A DNA stretch of 64,000 nucleotides from Thiotrichaceae bacterium (GTDB lineage Bacteria > Pseudomonadota > Gammaproteobacteria > SZUA-140), in assembly GCA_002401765.2 (NCBI GenBank), contig NVTY02000061.1:5051-69050 (forward strand), in the 5' to 3' direction. The translations under genes and the position numbers were made by a program. This document shows, piece by piece, positions 21,364 through 31,721 of this stretch. A model generated the notes under the pieces. The model was not told the DNA's origin. It saw only the letters and a program-made list of their open reading frames with translations, and did no database searches. Position 1 is the first letter of the stretch. Each line of letters opens with the position of its first letter.

Positions 21364-24300
21364 TTACCATGCTTGCTGCTTATACTTTTCCTGCATTTGC
21401 AATACCACACCGTAGATAACGGGCAGTACCAATAGACATAAGAGCGTGACCGTGATCATGCCACCCACCATCGGTGCGGCGATGCGTTGCATCACCTCGG
21501 AGCCAGTCCCGCTGCCCCACATAATGGGTAATAGTCCGGCGATGGTAGCGGTGGCCGTCATCGCGATAGGACGTACACGCTCGGAGGTGCCGCGATGTAC
21601 TGCCGCCATGATTTCGGCTCCATTCAAACGACTCCCTTTTTCTTTGTACCGCTTAGCGATTTCTTGATCAATAAAGGTAAGCACCAATACGCCGACCTCC
21701 GCGGCAATACCGGCGAGGGCAATAAAGCCGACAATCACCGCAACCGATATATTGAAACCCAATAGATAGATCAGCCAGAAACCGCCAATCAATCCAAACG
21801 GGATGGAGAACATCACCACTAAGGGTGCCGTAATGTTGCGGAAATTAAAGTAGAGCAGCAGAAAAATAATCAACAAGGTCGCGGGCACAACAATGCGCAA
21901 CCTTTCGGCGGCTCGTTCCATATATTCAAACTGCCCAGACCAAACGAGGTGATAACCCGCTGGAATCTTAACTTGGCTGGCAACAATTTCTTTTGCTTTG
22001 GCTACATAACCACCGATATCTGAAGTTTTAATATCCACATAGACCCAGGCGTTGGGACGAGAGTTCTCACTTTTAATGCTGGGTGGCCCGCGTCGCAACA
22101 CCAAGTCGGCCACCAACGATAGGGGGATTTGTGCGCCAGTCGGCGTGGGAATCAAAACACGTTTCAGGCTATCCAGGTTGTCGCGTAGTTCACGCGGATA
22201 ACGCAAATTAATCGGGTAGCGTTCGAGACCTTCAACCGTATAGGTGATATTCATGCCGCCGATGGCCGTCTGAATCACGTCTTGCACATCGCCGGTAGTC
22301 AGTCCATAACGCGAAGCTTCTTTGCGATCGATATCGAAATCAAGGTAGTAACCGCCAGCGGTCTTGTCGGCAAAAGCAGAGAGCGTTTCAGGCAGTTGTT
22401 TCAGCGCCTGCTCGATCTCACTGCCGACCTTTTCCAATACATTCAAGTCCGGCCCGCTGATTTTGATGCCGATGGGGGTTTTGATACCCGTGGAGAGCAT
22501 GTCGATACGGGTTTTGATCGGCATCGTCCACGCATTGGATAGGCCGGGGAATTTAATCGCCGCATCCATCTCATCCATCAGCATCTTCACCGTTTTATTG
22601 GGCTCAGGCCATTCGTCTTTGGGCTTGAGTCGAATGGTCGTTTCAAGCATCGACAGTGGTGCCGGATCAGTGGCTGTTTCTGCCCGCCCCACTTTGCCGA
22701 AGACATGCAGCACTTCGGGAAATGTTTTGAGGATCTTGTCTGTCTGCTGCAATAATTCTTTGGCCTTGGTGATCGAAATCCCCGGGTAAGTGGTTGGCAT
22801 GTAAAGAATGTCACCTTCGTTGAGCGGTGGCATAAATTCACTGCCCAACTTGTTGATCGGGTAAAGCGTCAGCAGCAATAATATCAGCGCTAGCCCCAAG
22901 GTGGGCCAGCGCCAGTGAATGGCAAAATTCAAGGTCGGTTTATGCACAAAATGGAGAAAGCGGTTCAGCGGATTTTTCGACTCTGCGGGGATTTTTCCGC
23001 GAATAAAATAGCCCATCAGCACTGGCACCAGCGTGATCGCCAAAATCGCTGCCGCCGCCATCGCATAGGTTTTAGTAAACGCAAGGGGTGCAAACAATCG
23101 CCCCTCTTGTGCTTGTAGCGTAAAGACCGGCAGGAAGGAAACGGTAATGATCAATAGTGAGAAAAAGAGCGCCGGGCCAACCTCTTTGGATGCCGTAGAT
23201 ACCGCCTGCCAACGTTCAGAAGCACGCAACTCACGGCCTTTCTCTGCTACCATTTTTTCAAGGTGTTTGTGACAATTTTCAATCATCACGATGGCCCCAT
23301 CCACCATCACGCCAATCGCAATAGCGATGCCGCCAAGCGACATGATATTAGCGTTGATGCCTTGCCATTTCATGATGATAAAGGCGAGCAAGATGCCGAT
23401 CGGCAGCGAGACGATCACCACCAATGCCGAACGAGCATGTAATAGAAATAGAATCGCAATGATCGCGACGACGATCAGTTCTTCGATCAACTTTTCTTGC
23501 AGGTTGGTGACCGCGCGCTCAATCAGGTCACCCCGATCATAGACGGGTACAATTTCAACCCCTGCCGGCAGACCGGGTTTGAGTGATTCCAGCTTGGCGC
23601 GCACACGTTCGATCACCGCCATCGCATTTTCACCGTAGCGCATAATCACCACACCACCCACCACTTCACCTTCACCATTCAACTCAGCCGCACCTCGCCG
23701 CAATTCTGGCCCCAGATGCACATGCGCGACATCTTGCAAACGAATCGGGGTGCCGTTTTCGTCAACCCCAACTGGAATCACATTGAGATCTTCAATCGAC
23801 TGGATATAACCCAAACCGCGCACCATATATTCGGTCTCGGCCATCTCGATCAACTTACCGCCGACATCGTTGTTGGAACGTTGGATCGCGTATTTAATTT
23901 TTGACAGTGGGATGTTGTAGGCCAGCAGCGCGTTAGGATCGACTTCAACTTGATACTGTTTGACGTAACCGCCCACGGAAGCAACCTCGGAAACCCCTTC
24001 TACGGTCTGCAAGGGGTAACGCAGGTACCAGTCTTGAATAGAGCGCAGCTCAGCCAAGTCAGTGTTGCCGGTTTTATCCACCAGCGCATATTGATAAATC
24101 CAACCGACACCGGTCGCATCTGGCCCTAGTGACGGCGTTAAACCCGGCGGTAAGCGAGCACTGACATAGTTGAGGTATTCCAGCACCCGCGAGCGCGCCC
24201 AGTACATATCCGTACCATCGTCAAAAATGATGTAGACAAAGGAAAGACCAAAAAAGGAGTAGCCGCGCACGACTTTGGCGTTAGGCACCGCTAACATCGC

Positions 24301-24513
24301 AGTGGTAAGCGGATAGGTCACTTGATCCTCAACCACCTGCGGTGCTTGACCAGGATACTCAGTAAAAATGATAACCTGAACATCTGACAAATCGGGGATC
24401 GCATCCAGCGGCGTGTTTTTCATCGACCACAGCCCCGTTGCGACAATCATCACCGTCGCGATGAGGATCAAAAAGCGGTTGTGCAGGGAAGCATCAATGA
24501 TGCGGGTGATCAT
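21364..24513 (-). CDS. cusA: Cu(I)/Ag(I) efflux RND permease
   Basis: DAIPDLSDVQV, GPDATGVGW, NIMSLGGIAIAIG, LYMPTT, DPAPLSM, TRIDMLSTG. Confidence 0.96.
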   Translation of the reverse strand: MITRIIDASLHNRFLILIATVMIVATGLWSMKNTPLDAIPDLSDVQVIIFTEYPGQAPQVVEDQVTYPLTTAMLAVPNAKVVRGYSFFGLSFVYIIFDDGTDMYWARSRVLEYLNYVSARLPPGLTPSLGPDATGVGWIYQYALVDKTGNTDLAELRSIQDWYLRYPLQTVEGVSEVASVGGYVKQYQVEVDPNALLAYNIPLSKIKYAIQRSNNDVGGKLIEMAETEYMVRGLGYIQSIEDLNVIPVGVDENGTPIRLQDVAHVHLGPELRRGAAELNGEGEVVGGVVIMRYGENAMAVIERVRAKLESLKPGLPAGVEIVPVYDRGDLIERAVTNLQEKLIEELIVVAIIAILFLLHARSALVVIVSLPIGILLAFIIMKWQGINANIMSLGGIAIAIGVMVDGAIVMIENCHKHLEKMVAEKGRELRASERWQAVSTASKEVGPALFFSLLIITVSFLPVFTLQAQEGRLFAPLAFTKTYAMAAAAILAITLVPVLMGYFIRGKIPAESKNPLNRFLHFVHKPTLNFAIHWRWPTLGLALILLLLTLYPINKLGSEFMPPLNEGDILYMPTTYPGISITKAKELLQQTDKILKTFPEVLHVFGKVGRAETATDPAPLSMLETTIRLKPKDEWPEPNKTVKMLMDEMDAAIKFPGLSNAWTMPIKTRIDMLSTGIKTPIGIKISGPDLNVLEKVGSEIEQALKQLPETLSAFADKTAGGYYLDFDIDRKEASRYGLTTGDVQDVIQTAIGGMNITYTVEGLERYPINLRYPRELRDNLDSLKRVLIPTPTGAQIPLSLVADLVLRRGPPSIKSENSRPNAWVYVDIKTSDIGGYVAKAKEIVASQVKIPAGYHLVWSGQFEYMERAAERLRIVVPATLLIIFLLLYFNFRNITAPLVVMFSIPFGLIGGFWLIYLLGFNISVAVIVGFIALAGIAAEVGVLVLTFIDQEIAKRYKEKGSRLNGAEIMAAVHRGTSERVRPIAMTATATIAGLLPIMWGSGTGSEVMQRIAAPMVGGMITVTLLCLLVLPVIYGVVLQMQEKYKQQAW

Positions 24514-25907
24514 AGTTGCGGCTCCATGGATATATCGCCCATATCCATATCCATATCCATATCCATATCCATGTTACTCATATCAGAGTCCACCGGGGGA
24601 CTTTCAGCCGCCATCACGGCCATCATCTTGGCCGTGGCTTCACGCAGTTTGGATTCGGAATCGATGAGAAACTGGCTTGACGTTACCACTTGCTCGCCTG
24701 CTTTGAGCCCAGATAAAATTTGGGTTAGCCCTTGCGCACTCACACCCAAGGTTACCTCACGCGGTTCAAATTTTCCCGCTGCACGCACCACAAACAGCTG
24801 CTCACGATTACCCGAGCGTACAATCGCCTCAGTCGGCACCACCACCGCGCTGGCTTGAGTATCAACATAGAGCGCGACGTTGGCAAACATGCCTGGCTTG
24901 AGTGACAGGTCTGCGTTATCGAATTCCAGCCGCACCTGCACTGTGCGGCTCTTACGATTCAATACCGGATGAATAAAGGTGATATTGCCTTTATAAGTTC
25001 GACCCGGTTCAGCTCGCACTCGCATTTCAGCCCGATCGCCTAATTGCAGCCAGCTCATTTCATCTTCAAAGACATCGACATTGACCCAGATGCGGCTCAA
25101 GTCAGCAATCATATAGAGTTCATTTTTAGGGGTTACATATTGCCCTTTTCGTACCCCAATATGCATGACACGGCCCTCGAAAGGCGAATGGATATGGAGC
25201 TGTTTTTTAATCTTGCGACTCTTCTCCAACTCGTGGATTTGATGCGCGGGCACATCAAATAACTGCAAACGTTCACGCGCACTTTCCAGAATGCTCCTGG
25301 AACTTTTTTTCATGTGAGTCACCGTGCCATGACGCACCATCTCCCAGTTATTAAGCGCCACGAGATACTCTTGCTGTGCCGCAACTAATTCAGGCGAATA
25401 GATGCCGAGCAAGATGGTGCCTTTGCTAACCTGCTTACCGGTTTCATCAATCTTCAATGACTCAATCCAACCGGAAGTTTTGGGATGCAGACGCGACAAT
25501 CGCTCCTCGTTAAAGTCGACACGTCCCAAACCATTTAACACCCGTGACAGATCACGCGTTTCAGCCAATGCCGTGCGTACGCCAATATTTTGCACGGTAA
25601 CGGGATCAATCGTCACCGTGCCTACGGGTTCATCACCACCACCAACGCCTTGCGCGTAAACGGCAATATAATCCATCCCCATGTTATCCTGCATAAAGAC
25701 AGATGAGGTGACAGCCGGGTTCATCGGATTGCGATAAAACAACACCTTGCGCTCAGATGATAAGGCTGGTGTTCCCCCCACTTGTTTTATTCCATGTGAA
25801 TCGCCACGGGATCCAGACAACCAAGAGCCAGCACCAAAGCTGATACCCATTGCGCTAACCACGACCATACTAATAAGCACTTTATTCATAAATATTCTCC
25901 TCGTCAC
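24510..25907 (-). CDS. cusB: Cu/Ag efflux membrane fusion protein
   Basis: FYRNPMNP...DNMGMDY metal-binding domain, LKPGMF, QFLIDSES; C-terminal (MD)n tail. Confidence 0.92.
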   Translation of the reverse strand: MTRRIFMNKVLISMVVVSAMGISFGAGSWLSGSRGDSHGIKQVGGTPALSSERKVLFYRNPMNPAVTSSVFMQDNMGMDYIAVYAQGVGGGDEPVGTVTIDPVTVQNIGVRTALAETRDLSRVLNGLGRVDFNEERLSRLHPKTSGWIESLKIDETGKQVSKGTILLGIYSPELVAAQQEYLVALNNWEMVRHGTVTHMKKSSRSILESARERLQLFDVPAHQIHELEKSRKIKKQLHIHSPFEGRVMHIGVRKGQYVTPKNELYMIADLSRIWVNVDVFEDEMSWLQLGDRAEMRVRAEPGRTYKGNITFIHPVLNRKSRTVQVRLEFDNADLSLKPGMFANVALYVDTQASAVVVPTEAIVRSGNREQLFVVRAAGKFEPREVTLGVSAQGLTQILSGLKAGEQVVTSSQFLIDSESKLREATAKMMAVMAAESPPVDSDMSNMDMDMDMDMDMGDISMEPQL

Positions 25908-27186
25908 CGACCGCAGCGACTAACCGAGCCATGGCCTGATTCGCGATACTTAGCACCTTCCAATATTGGGTTTCATAGTCATAAAGCGTGGTTTGAGCGC
26001 GAATCAGACTCAGAAAATCAACCTTGCTGACCTGATATCCAGCCAACATGGCATCGACGGTCTGACGAGCCAGGGGGATAATTTCCTGCTGAAAAAGCGC
26101 GGCTCGTTCGCGAGATCGGCGATAGTCAGTAACGGCCAACTGAACTTGAGAGGCGACCTGGTTACGTTGATTTTGAAGCTGATATTTTTTCTGCGCCCAT
26201 TCAGCATGACGTTGATCAACGGCACGATCCTGTTGACTGCCGAGTGGAAGGTTCATGCTCAATAGGATGGAAGCGAAGTCGGCTCGACTGCTGCCATCGG
26301 GATTATGGCCATTGCGTAAGCCGTATACTGCACCCACTTTAAAATCAGGCGTGTAGCCCTTTTTCGCCAAATCGACTCGGCTGTGTGCCGCACTCATCCG
26401 TTCAGTCTGCGCCGCTAATATTGGCCGACTGTTTACCGCTTGCTGCTGTAGGGCTTCTGAGCTATTGAGCGTTAACAAAACCTCATTGATAGCAACTGGC
26501 AGTTGAATACTCTCTGTGACCGGCTGGTCCATCAACACATTAAGACGCACCGATTCATTTTCACGCATGTTCTGCACATGGATCGCGCTATCGCTCAGTT
26601 TGGACAGCTCCAATTGTGCCAGCAGAATATCTTGCTGTTGACCGCGGCCAACGGTGTAACGTGTCTCGGCCACATTGACAAACTGCTGCAGCAAGACCTG
26701 GTTACGCGCAATCACCTCCAGCGCCCGCTCCAGGTAGACCAGATTCCACCATACTGTCTTGACATCGCGTACCAGTTGTAACCGTTTTTCCGCCACATCG
26801 GCCATTCCCGCCGCCGCTTCATGCCGAGCCACCTGGGAACGTAAGGCCAACTTGCCCGCATAAGGCAGCGCTTGTGTAATACCGATCTGAAACTGGGTCA
26901 TACCCTCCTGAGTAAAGGATATGCTATCCAGTGGCAGATTGACGAGATTGACCGACAATATGAGATCAGGCAATGCCTCAACTTGGTTCGGCAGTTCGGC
27001 CAGTGCCCTTGCCCTTGCATCAATCGCGGCCAAACCTGGATTGGTAGACAAGGCGGCGTCAACCGCGCTATTCAAAAAGAGCGTCCCCGTCGCTTGTGCG
27101 GCGTTCACGCCGAGCAATAGGGCACATACGCATACCAACGGTAAACGAACAAAAAAGTTGGAACGGTATCGAGATTGAAAATACAA
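25882..27186 (-). CDS. TolC-family outer membrane efflux protein (CusC-like)
   Basis: OMF repeats (GITQALPYAGKL, YTVGRGQQQDILLAQLE); first gene of the cus operon. Confidence 0.9.
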   Translation of the reverse strand: MYFQSRYRSNFFVRLPLVCVCALLLGVNAAQATGTLFLNSAVDAALSTNPGLAAIDARARALAELPNQVEALPDLILSVNLVNLPLDSISFTQEGMTQFQIGITQALPYAGKLALRSQVARHEAAAGMADVAEKRLQLVRDVKTVWWNLVYLERALEVIARNQVLLQQFVNVAETRYTVGRGQQQDILLAQLELSKLSDSAIHVQNMRENESVRLNVLMDQPVTESIQLPVAINEVLLTLNSSEALQQQAVNSRPILAAQTERMSAAHSRVDLAKKGYTPDFKVGAVYGLRNGHNPDGSSRADFASILLSMNLPLGSQQDRAVDQRHAEWAQKKYQLQNQRNQVASQVQLAVTDYRRSRERAALFQQEIIPLARQTVDAMLAGYQVSKVDFLSLIRAQTTLYDYETQYWKVLSIANQAMARLVAAVGDEENIYE

Positions 27187-27258
27187 ATTAATGACTCCTA
27201 CTGGCGCGCTATCGTAGTCAAGAATAAGCGAGTAACGCTGTCGTTAAGGTGACGTTTT

Positions 27259-27276
27259 CATTACATTTTTGTAATG
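27259..27276. promoter_or_regulatory. CusR/CopR-type binding palindrome
   Basis: CATTACA-TTTT-TGTAATG perfect palindrome between divergent cusC-like and cusR genes; resembles cop/cus boxes. Confidence 0.7.
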
Positions 27277-27326
27277 TTACTGTCATACTCAATGAATGCC
27301 TCTTTAGGATCAACCTAAATTTAACT

Positions 27327-28013
27327 ATGAAATTTCTAATTGTCGAAGATGAAATTAAAACCGGTGAATACCTTAAGCAGGGCTTGAGTGAGGCGGGCTT
27401 TGTCGTTGACCTGTCCCATAACGGGCTGGATGGCCATCACCTGGCCATGACAGGTCATTACGACCTACTGATTCTCGATGTGATGTTGCCCGATGTAGAT
27501 GGCTGGCAGATCTTGAAATCATTACGTGAAGCGGGTAATGAAGCACCCGTGTTATTTCTAACCGCTCGTGACAGCATTGAAGACCGCGTTAAAGGCTTGG
27601 AACTGGGCGCGGATGACTACCTGGTTAAACCCTTTGTCTTCGCTGAACTACTGGCCCGCGTACGCACCTTGTTACGCCGCAGGACAACCCCCACTACTGA
27701 ATTAAGCCTCAGTATTGCCGACCTTGAGCTGGACCTAGCCCGTCATCGCGCCCGTCGCGGTGGCAAACGTATCCACCTAACCGCCAAAGAGTTTTCGCTG
27801 CTGGAACTGCTGGTACGCCGCCAAGGTGAGGTGTTGCCTCGCTCCCTGATTGCCTCCCAAGTTTGGGATATGAATTTCGATAGCGATACCAATGTCATTG
27901 ATGTCGCCATTCGCCGTCTGCGCGGCAAGATCGATGATGGTTACGATCCTAAGTTAATTCAGACGGTACGCGGTATGGGTTATATGATCGACTTGCCAGA
28001 CGAAGCCTCATAA
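27327..28013 (+). CDS. cusR: Heavy-metal response regulator
   Basis: Start ATG at 27327 (MKFLIVEDE); [21 protein letters not shown] signature. Confidence 0.95.
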   Translation: MKFLIVEDEIKTGEYLKQGLSEAGFVVDLSHNGLDGHHLAMTGHYDLLILDVMLPDVDGWQILKSLREAGNEAPVLFLTARDSIEDRVKGLELGADDYLVKPFVFAELLARVRTLLRRRTTPTTELSLSIADLELDLARHRARRGGKRIHLTAKEFSLLELLVRRQGEVLPRSLIASQVWDMNFDSDTNVIDVAIRRLRGKIDDGYDPKLIQTVRGMGYMIDLPDEAS

Positions 28014-29450
28014 ATGGTACGACCCACCTCACTGACACTACGGCTAACATTACTGTTTAGTGCGGTGGCCGCGGTGGTTTTTCTGGCCTTTGGCTGGATC
28101 ATCGAGCGCTCTATTGAGGAACACTTTGCCACTCAAGACAGCCAGGAACTCAAGGTGGTCGCCAAAGCGGTAGAACAGTCGCTGCTCATGCTGCAATCTG
28201 ATCATGAGTTTGCCCCAGCCAGCAATGAATTTGCACGCGCTAAACAGCGTTTTGATGATATTTTGGTGGGCCATCACGGTGCATTACTGCTGATCACCAA
28301 CACCCGCGGACAAGCGCTGTATTCCAGCCCCGGCCCCGACCTTTCCAAGATACTAAAATCAACCGCGATACATCGCTCAAATGATAAATTCCAACAAGGC
28401 ACGGTACAACAATGGAACGATGGCAAGCACAGCTATCGTATTTTCGTCCAGCAGGTCAGTGGCAAAAATAAAGCACTTTATACCGTTGTCATCGCTGTAG
28501 ATCTCGATTTTCATCACCACTTTCTAAGTCACTTTCGCCATACACTCTGGTTGATGGTGGCCTGTGGCATTATCATAATGGGCGTAATGGGCTGGGTTGT
28601 GGTGCGACATGGCCACCGGCCTCTACGCAATATTGTTGACCAAATCAGGCGCATCAGTGCCAACGAATTAAATACTCGTCTCGTTCCTGAAGCCGTTCCC
28701 ACGGAACTTACTGAGCTTGCCCTGTCGTTCAATGAACTGCTTCAGCGCATGGAAGAGGCATTTAACCGCCTCGCCAATTTCTCAGCCGACATCGCCCATG
28801 AACTGCGTACCCCCGTCACCAATCTAATGACCCAAACTCAGGTTGCTCTTTCCCAGGCGCGTGATGTTGATGAATATCAAGAAATTCTTTATTCCAATAT
28901 GGAAGAATACGAACGCATGGCGCAGATGATCGGTGACATGCTCTTTTTAGCTAAAAATGATCATGCCCAATATAATCTCAATGCTGAGGCCATCGACCTA
29001 AAAAGCGAAGTACACAATCTATTCGATTATTACGGTGCCTGGGCGGAAGAGTGTCAGGTTTCATTGAGACAAGAAGGTGACGCCCATGTGCAAGGTGACG
29101 GCCTGATGTTACGCCGAGCCCTCAGTAATTTGCTTTCTAATGCCATCCGCCATACACCTGCACATAATAGCGTCACGATAAAGCTCAGTTATATCGAGAG
29201 CCGCGTATTGGTTACGGTAGAGAACCCCGGCACACTCATCCCCACTGAGCACCTCGCCAAAGTATTCGACCGTTTTTATCGTACTGACCCATCGCGCCAG
29301 CGTAGCGGTGAGGGTGCGGGACTAGGCTTGGCCATTGTTAAATCAATTGTCGAAGCACATAGCGGCACGATTGTCGCCAGTTCTGATGAGGCAAGCACTC
29401 AGTTCAAGATTAGCCTGCCAGGTTTTGTCATTGCACAATCTTACGACTAA
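28014..29450 (+). CDS. cusS: Heavy-metal sensor histidine kinase
   Basis: FSADIAHELRTP, NLLSNA, FDRFYR, GAGLGLAIV; HHHF periplasmic patch. Confidence 0.94.
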   Translation: MVRPTSLTLRLTLLFSAVAAVVFLAFGWIIERSIEEHFATQDSQELKVVAKAVEQSLLMLQSDHEFAPASNEFARAKQRFDDILVGHHGALLLITNTRGQALYSSPGPDLSKILKSTAIHRSNDKFQQGTVQQWNDGKHSYRIFVQQVSGKNKALYTVVIAVDLDFHHHFLSHFRHTLWLMVACGIIIMGVMGWVVVRHGHRPLRNIVDQIRRISANELNTRLVPEAVPTELTELALSFNELLQRMEEAFNRLANFSADIAHELRTPVTNLMTQTQVALSQARDVDEYQEILYSNMEEYERMAQMIGDMLFLAKNDHAQYNLNAEAIDLKSEVHNLFDYYGAWAEECQVSLRQEGDAHVQGDGLMLRRALSNLLSNAIRHTPAHNSVTIKLSYIESRVLVTVENPGTLIPTEHLAKVFDRFYRTDPSRQRSGEGAGLGLAIVKSIVEAHSGTIVASSDEASTQFKISLPGFVIAQSYD

Positions 29451-30331
29451 AATTCGAGTGGTTTTATCAACACCTTCAGCCCATTTTCTAGCATCTCAAT
29501 GGCACTCGAAAATGGCCCGCAACGGGAACCAATTAATTCGATTTCATCGATCATTAGACGGGTTAAATCAACCGTAATCGGTGCCGGGTAACTGCTCTTC
29601 ATGACACAAACCCCCTGCGGACGTAAAGCATGCAGCGCCAAGGCCAGGCCAGACGGCTGTCCCGTGGCATCGATTGCAACGTCTACCATGTTGACCTCAA
29701 CCGCGGACTCATCGATACAATCAAGTGGCAAGCGCTGTAGTAATTGGCGTTGTTGAGCGTGACGCACCACCACTGTCAGTGGTTTTTCTTGTAAGATCAT
29801 CACCCGCGCAATCAACTGCCCTAGTCGTCCAGCACCAATCAACATAATATCACGGTAATCATGTGACTGAAGTTGCTCGACAATGCGCAATGCTGCGGCT
29901 AGCGGTTCAATAAAAACGGCCTGTCGATCATCAATACTATCGGAAATAATATGAAGGGTATTGGCTTTAACCATTAGGTATTCAGCAAAACACCCTTGAT
30001 GATCTCGAATGCCAATCACACGACGATTTAGACAGTGGCTATAATGTTTTCGTGCGCATTGGTCGCATTCACCACACCACTGATTAATCTCGGCAACAAC
30101 ACGCCTGCCCTTCAAGTTGGCATCAACTTCTGAGCCGGTTTCAACCACCTCCGCAACGAACTCGTGTCCGGGTACACCGTTAAAATTGGCATAACCGTTG
30201 AACAGTGCTAAGTCTGTTCCGCAAATGCCTGCGAGCCTGATTTTAAGTAAGACTTCATCATGTCCTACGCATGAAAGCGCCGGATCAAAGCGCAATGTCA
30301 ATTTGTGATGTTGTAAATAGAGGGTTTTCAT
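29447..30331 (-). CDS. Zn-dependent alcohol dehydrogenase (MDR family), apparently with an in-frame deletion near the C-terminus
   Basis: GICGTD, GHE, CGECDQC...HC, GAGRLG, IGSRCGPF; likely start ATG at 30331. Confidence 0.85.
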   Translation of the reverse strand: MKTLYLQHHKLTLRFDPALSCVGHDEVLLKIRLAGICGTDLALFNGYANFNGVPGHEFVAEVVETGSEVDANLKGRRVVAEINQWCGECDQCARKHYSHCLNRRVIGIRDHQGCFAEYLMVKANTLHIISDSIDDRQAVFIEPLAAALRIVEQLQSHDYRDIMLIGAGRLGQLIARVMILQEKPLTVVVRHAQQRQLLQRLPLDCIDESAVEVNMVDVAIDATGQPSGLALALHALRPQGVCVMKSSYPAPITVDLTRLMIDEIELIGSRCGPFSSAIEMLENGLKVLIKPLEF

Positions 30332-30565
30332 GCCCACAAAGTGTAACAGCATTATGGAACGGAGGCGGAATCATCATCACTAAGCATGTAATTGAGATTC
30401 GAAGCACCCTCACCAGTCGCATGTTATATACCCGTAATAAAAAATATGTGCTCATTGATCACTGCCACTAAAATCACCATTAATATATAGTTATAACAAT
30501 GTTAACATTTATATTACAGGACTCACCGCTATCGAATTTTTTCACTACATGGAGTGCCCAGAGAA

Positions 30566-31417
30566 ATGTTGAAAGCCACTGCCGCAATGATAATCACCTT
30601 TTTAGTTTATTTTGTGGGTGCCGCTACTGCCAACCCATCAACGCCGAATCAGCCGCCGTTGCCACTAGCACATACCTATACACAAGGCCTCAATATAAAG
30701 GATTACTGGCTAAGTGAAAAATTGGATGGTGTTCGCGCCTACTGGGATGGCAAACAGCTCTTGTCAAAACAAGGCAATATTTATCACGCACCCGCATGGT
30801 TTATTGCCAATTTCCCCTCGCAGCCACTTGATGGCGAGTTATGGATGAAACGGAATAGTTTTGAGCGTATTGTTAGTATTGTACGAGATAAAATACCGGG
30901 GGATGGTTGGCAAGATATCCGCTATATGGTGTTTGACCTGCCTCTCAAGAAAGTTGCGTTTAGCGCTCGTATCAGCAAGCTCAAAAACCTTATTGCAACC
31001 TTAAACTCACCCTACCTTCACCTCGTAGAACAATCACGGGTGTCAAATCATGATGCGTTGATTAAAAAACTGGATGAAATCGTCGCGGCGGGTGGTGAAG
31101 GACTAATGCTGCACAACGGCAATGCGCTGTATTTAGCAGGGCGCAGTCATGACCTACTCAAGGTAAAATCTTACCAAGATGCAGAGGCGCGCGTGATCGC
31201 ACATTTACCTGGTAAGGGCAAGTTCAAAGGCATGTTGGGTGCATTGCAGGTAGAGACAGATGAGGGCAAGCGCTTTCGTCTCGGCGGTGGTTTTAGCCAT
31301 CATGAACGCCGATTTCCGCCAGCAATAGGCACCTTTGTTACCTATAAATATTACGGGAAAACAATCAATGGACTACCAAGATTTGCTAGTTTCTTACGGA
31401 TAAAAGCCCTGAAGTAA
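30566..31417 (+). CDS. Minimal ATP-dependent DNA ligase with signal peptide (Lig E type)
   Basis: Hydrophobic N-terminus; SEKLDGVRAYWDG (KxDG), LDGEL, FDLP, EGLML, PRFASF. Confidence 0.9.
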   Translation: MLKATAAMIITFLVYFVGAATANPSTPNQPPLPLAHTYTQGLNIKDYWLSEKLDGVRAYWDGKQLLSKQGNIYHAPAWFIANFPSQPLDGELWMKRNSFERIVSIVRDKIPGDGWQDIRYMVFDLPLKKVAFSARISKLKNLIATLNSPYLHLVEQSRVSNHDALIKKLDEIVAAGGEGLMLHNGNALYLAGRSHDLLKVKSYQDAEARVIAHLPGKGKFKGMLGALQVETDEGKRFRLGGGFSHHERRFPPAIGTFVTYKYYGKTINGLPRFASFLRIKALK

Positions 31418-31525
31418 AGAAAACTGAAGATGTTAAACCGCAAGCACATGTTAATCGTATGATAAATACTGGATTTTTATGCCCACTCTGGCTAGTCTTA
31501 AGGGTTCTGTTGGGTAGTAATTAAC

Positions 31526-31690
31526 TAAGGAATCTCTAATCTATTCATGAACCCGTATCTTGCACCTAAAACATTCATCTTCAGTGTTGCGAACCTTCAT
31601 AATAACCCGCTATTACGTGCGACTCGTGCCTTGAATCTGAATATTCTAGATCACAATCGATTTCATCCAGAATAGATCACAGACTCCCTA
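31526..31690. mobile_element. MITE-like element (about 165 bp)
   Basis: Imperfect terminal IRs TAAGGAATCTCTAATCTATTC / GAATAGATCACAGACTCCCTA (17/21); internal GTTGC...AATA...CTATT...GCCTTG layout shared with 55815-55997. Confidence 0.65.
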
Positions 31691-31721
31691 ATCTTAAAAA
31701 GAAATTTAAAGAGGCGGATTA

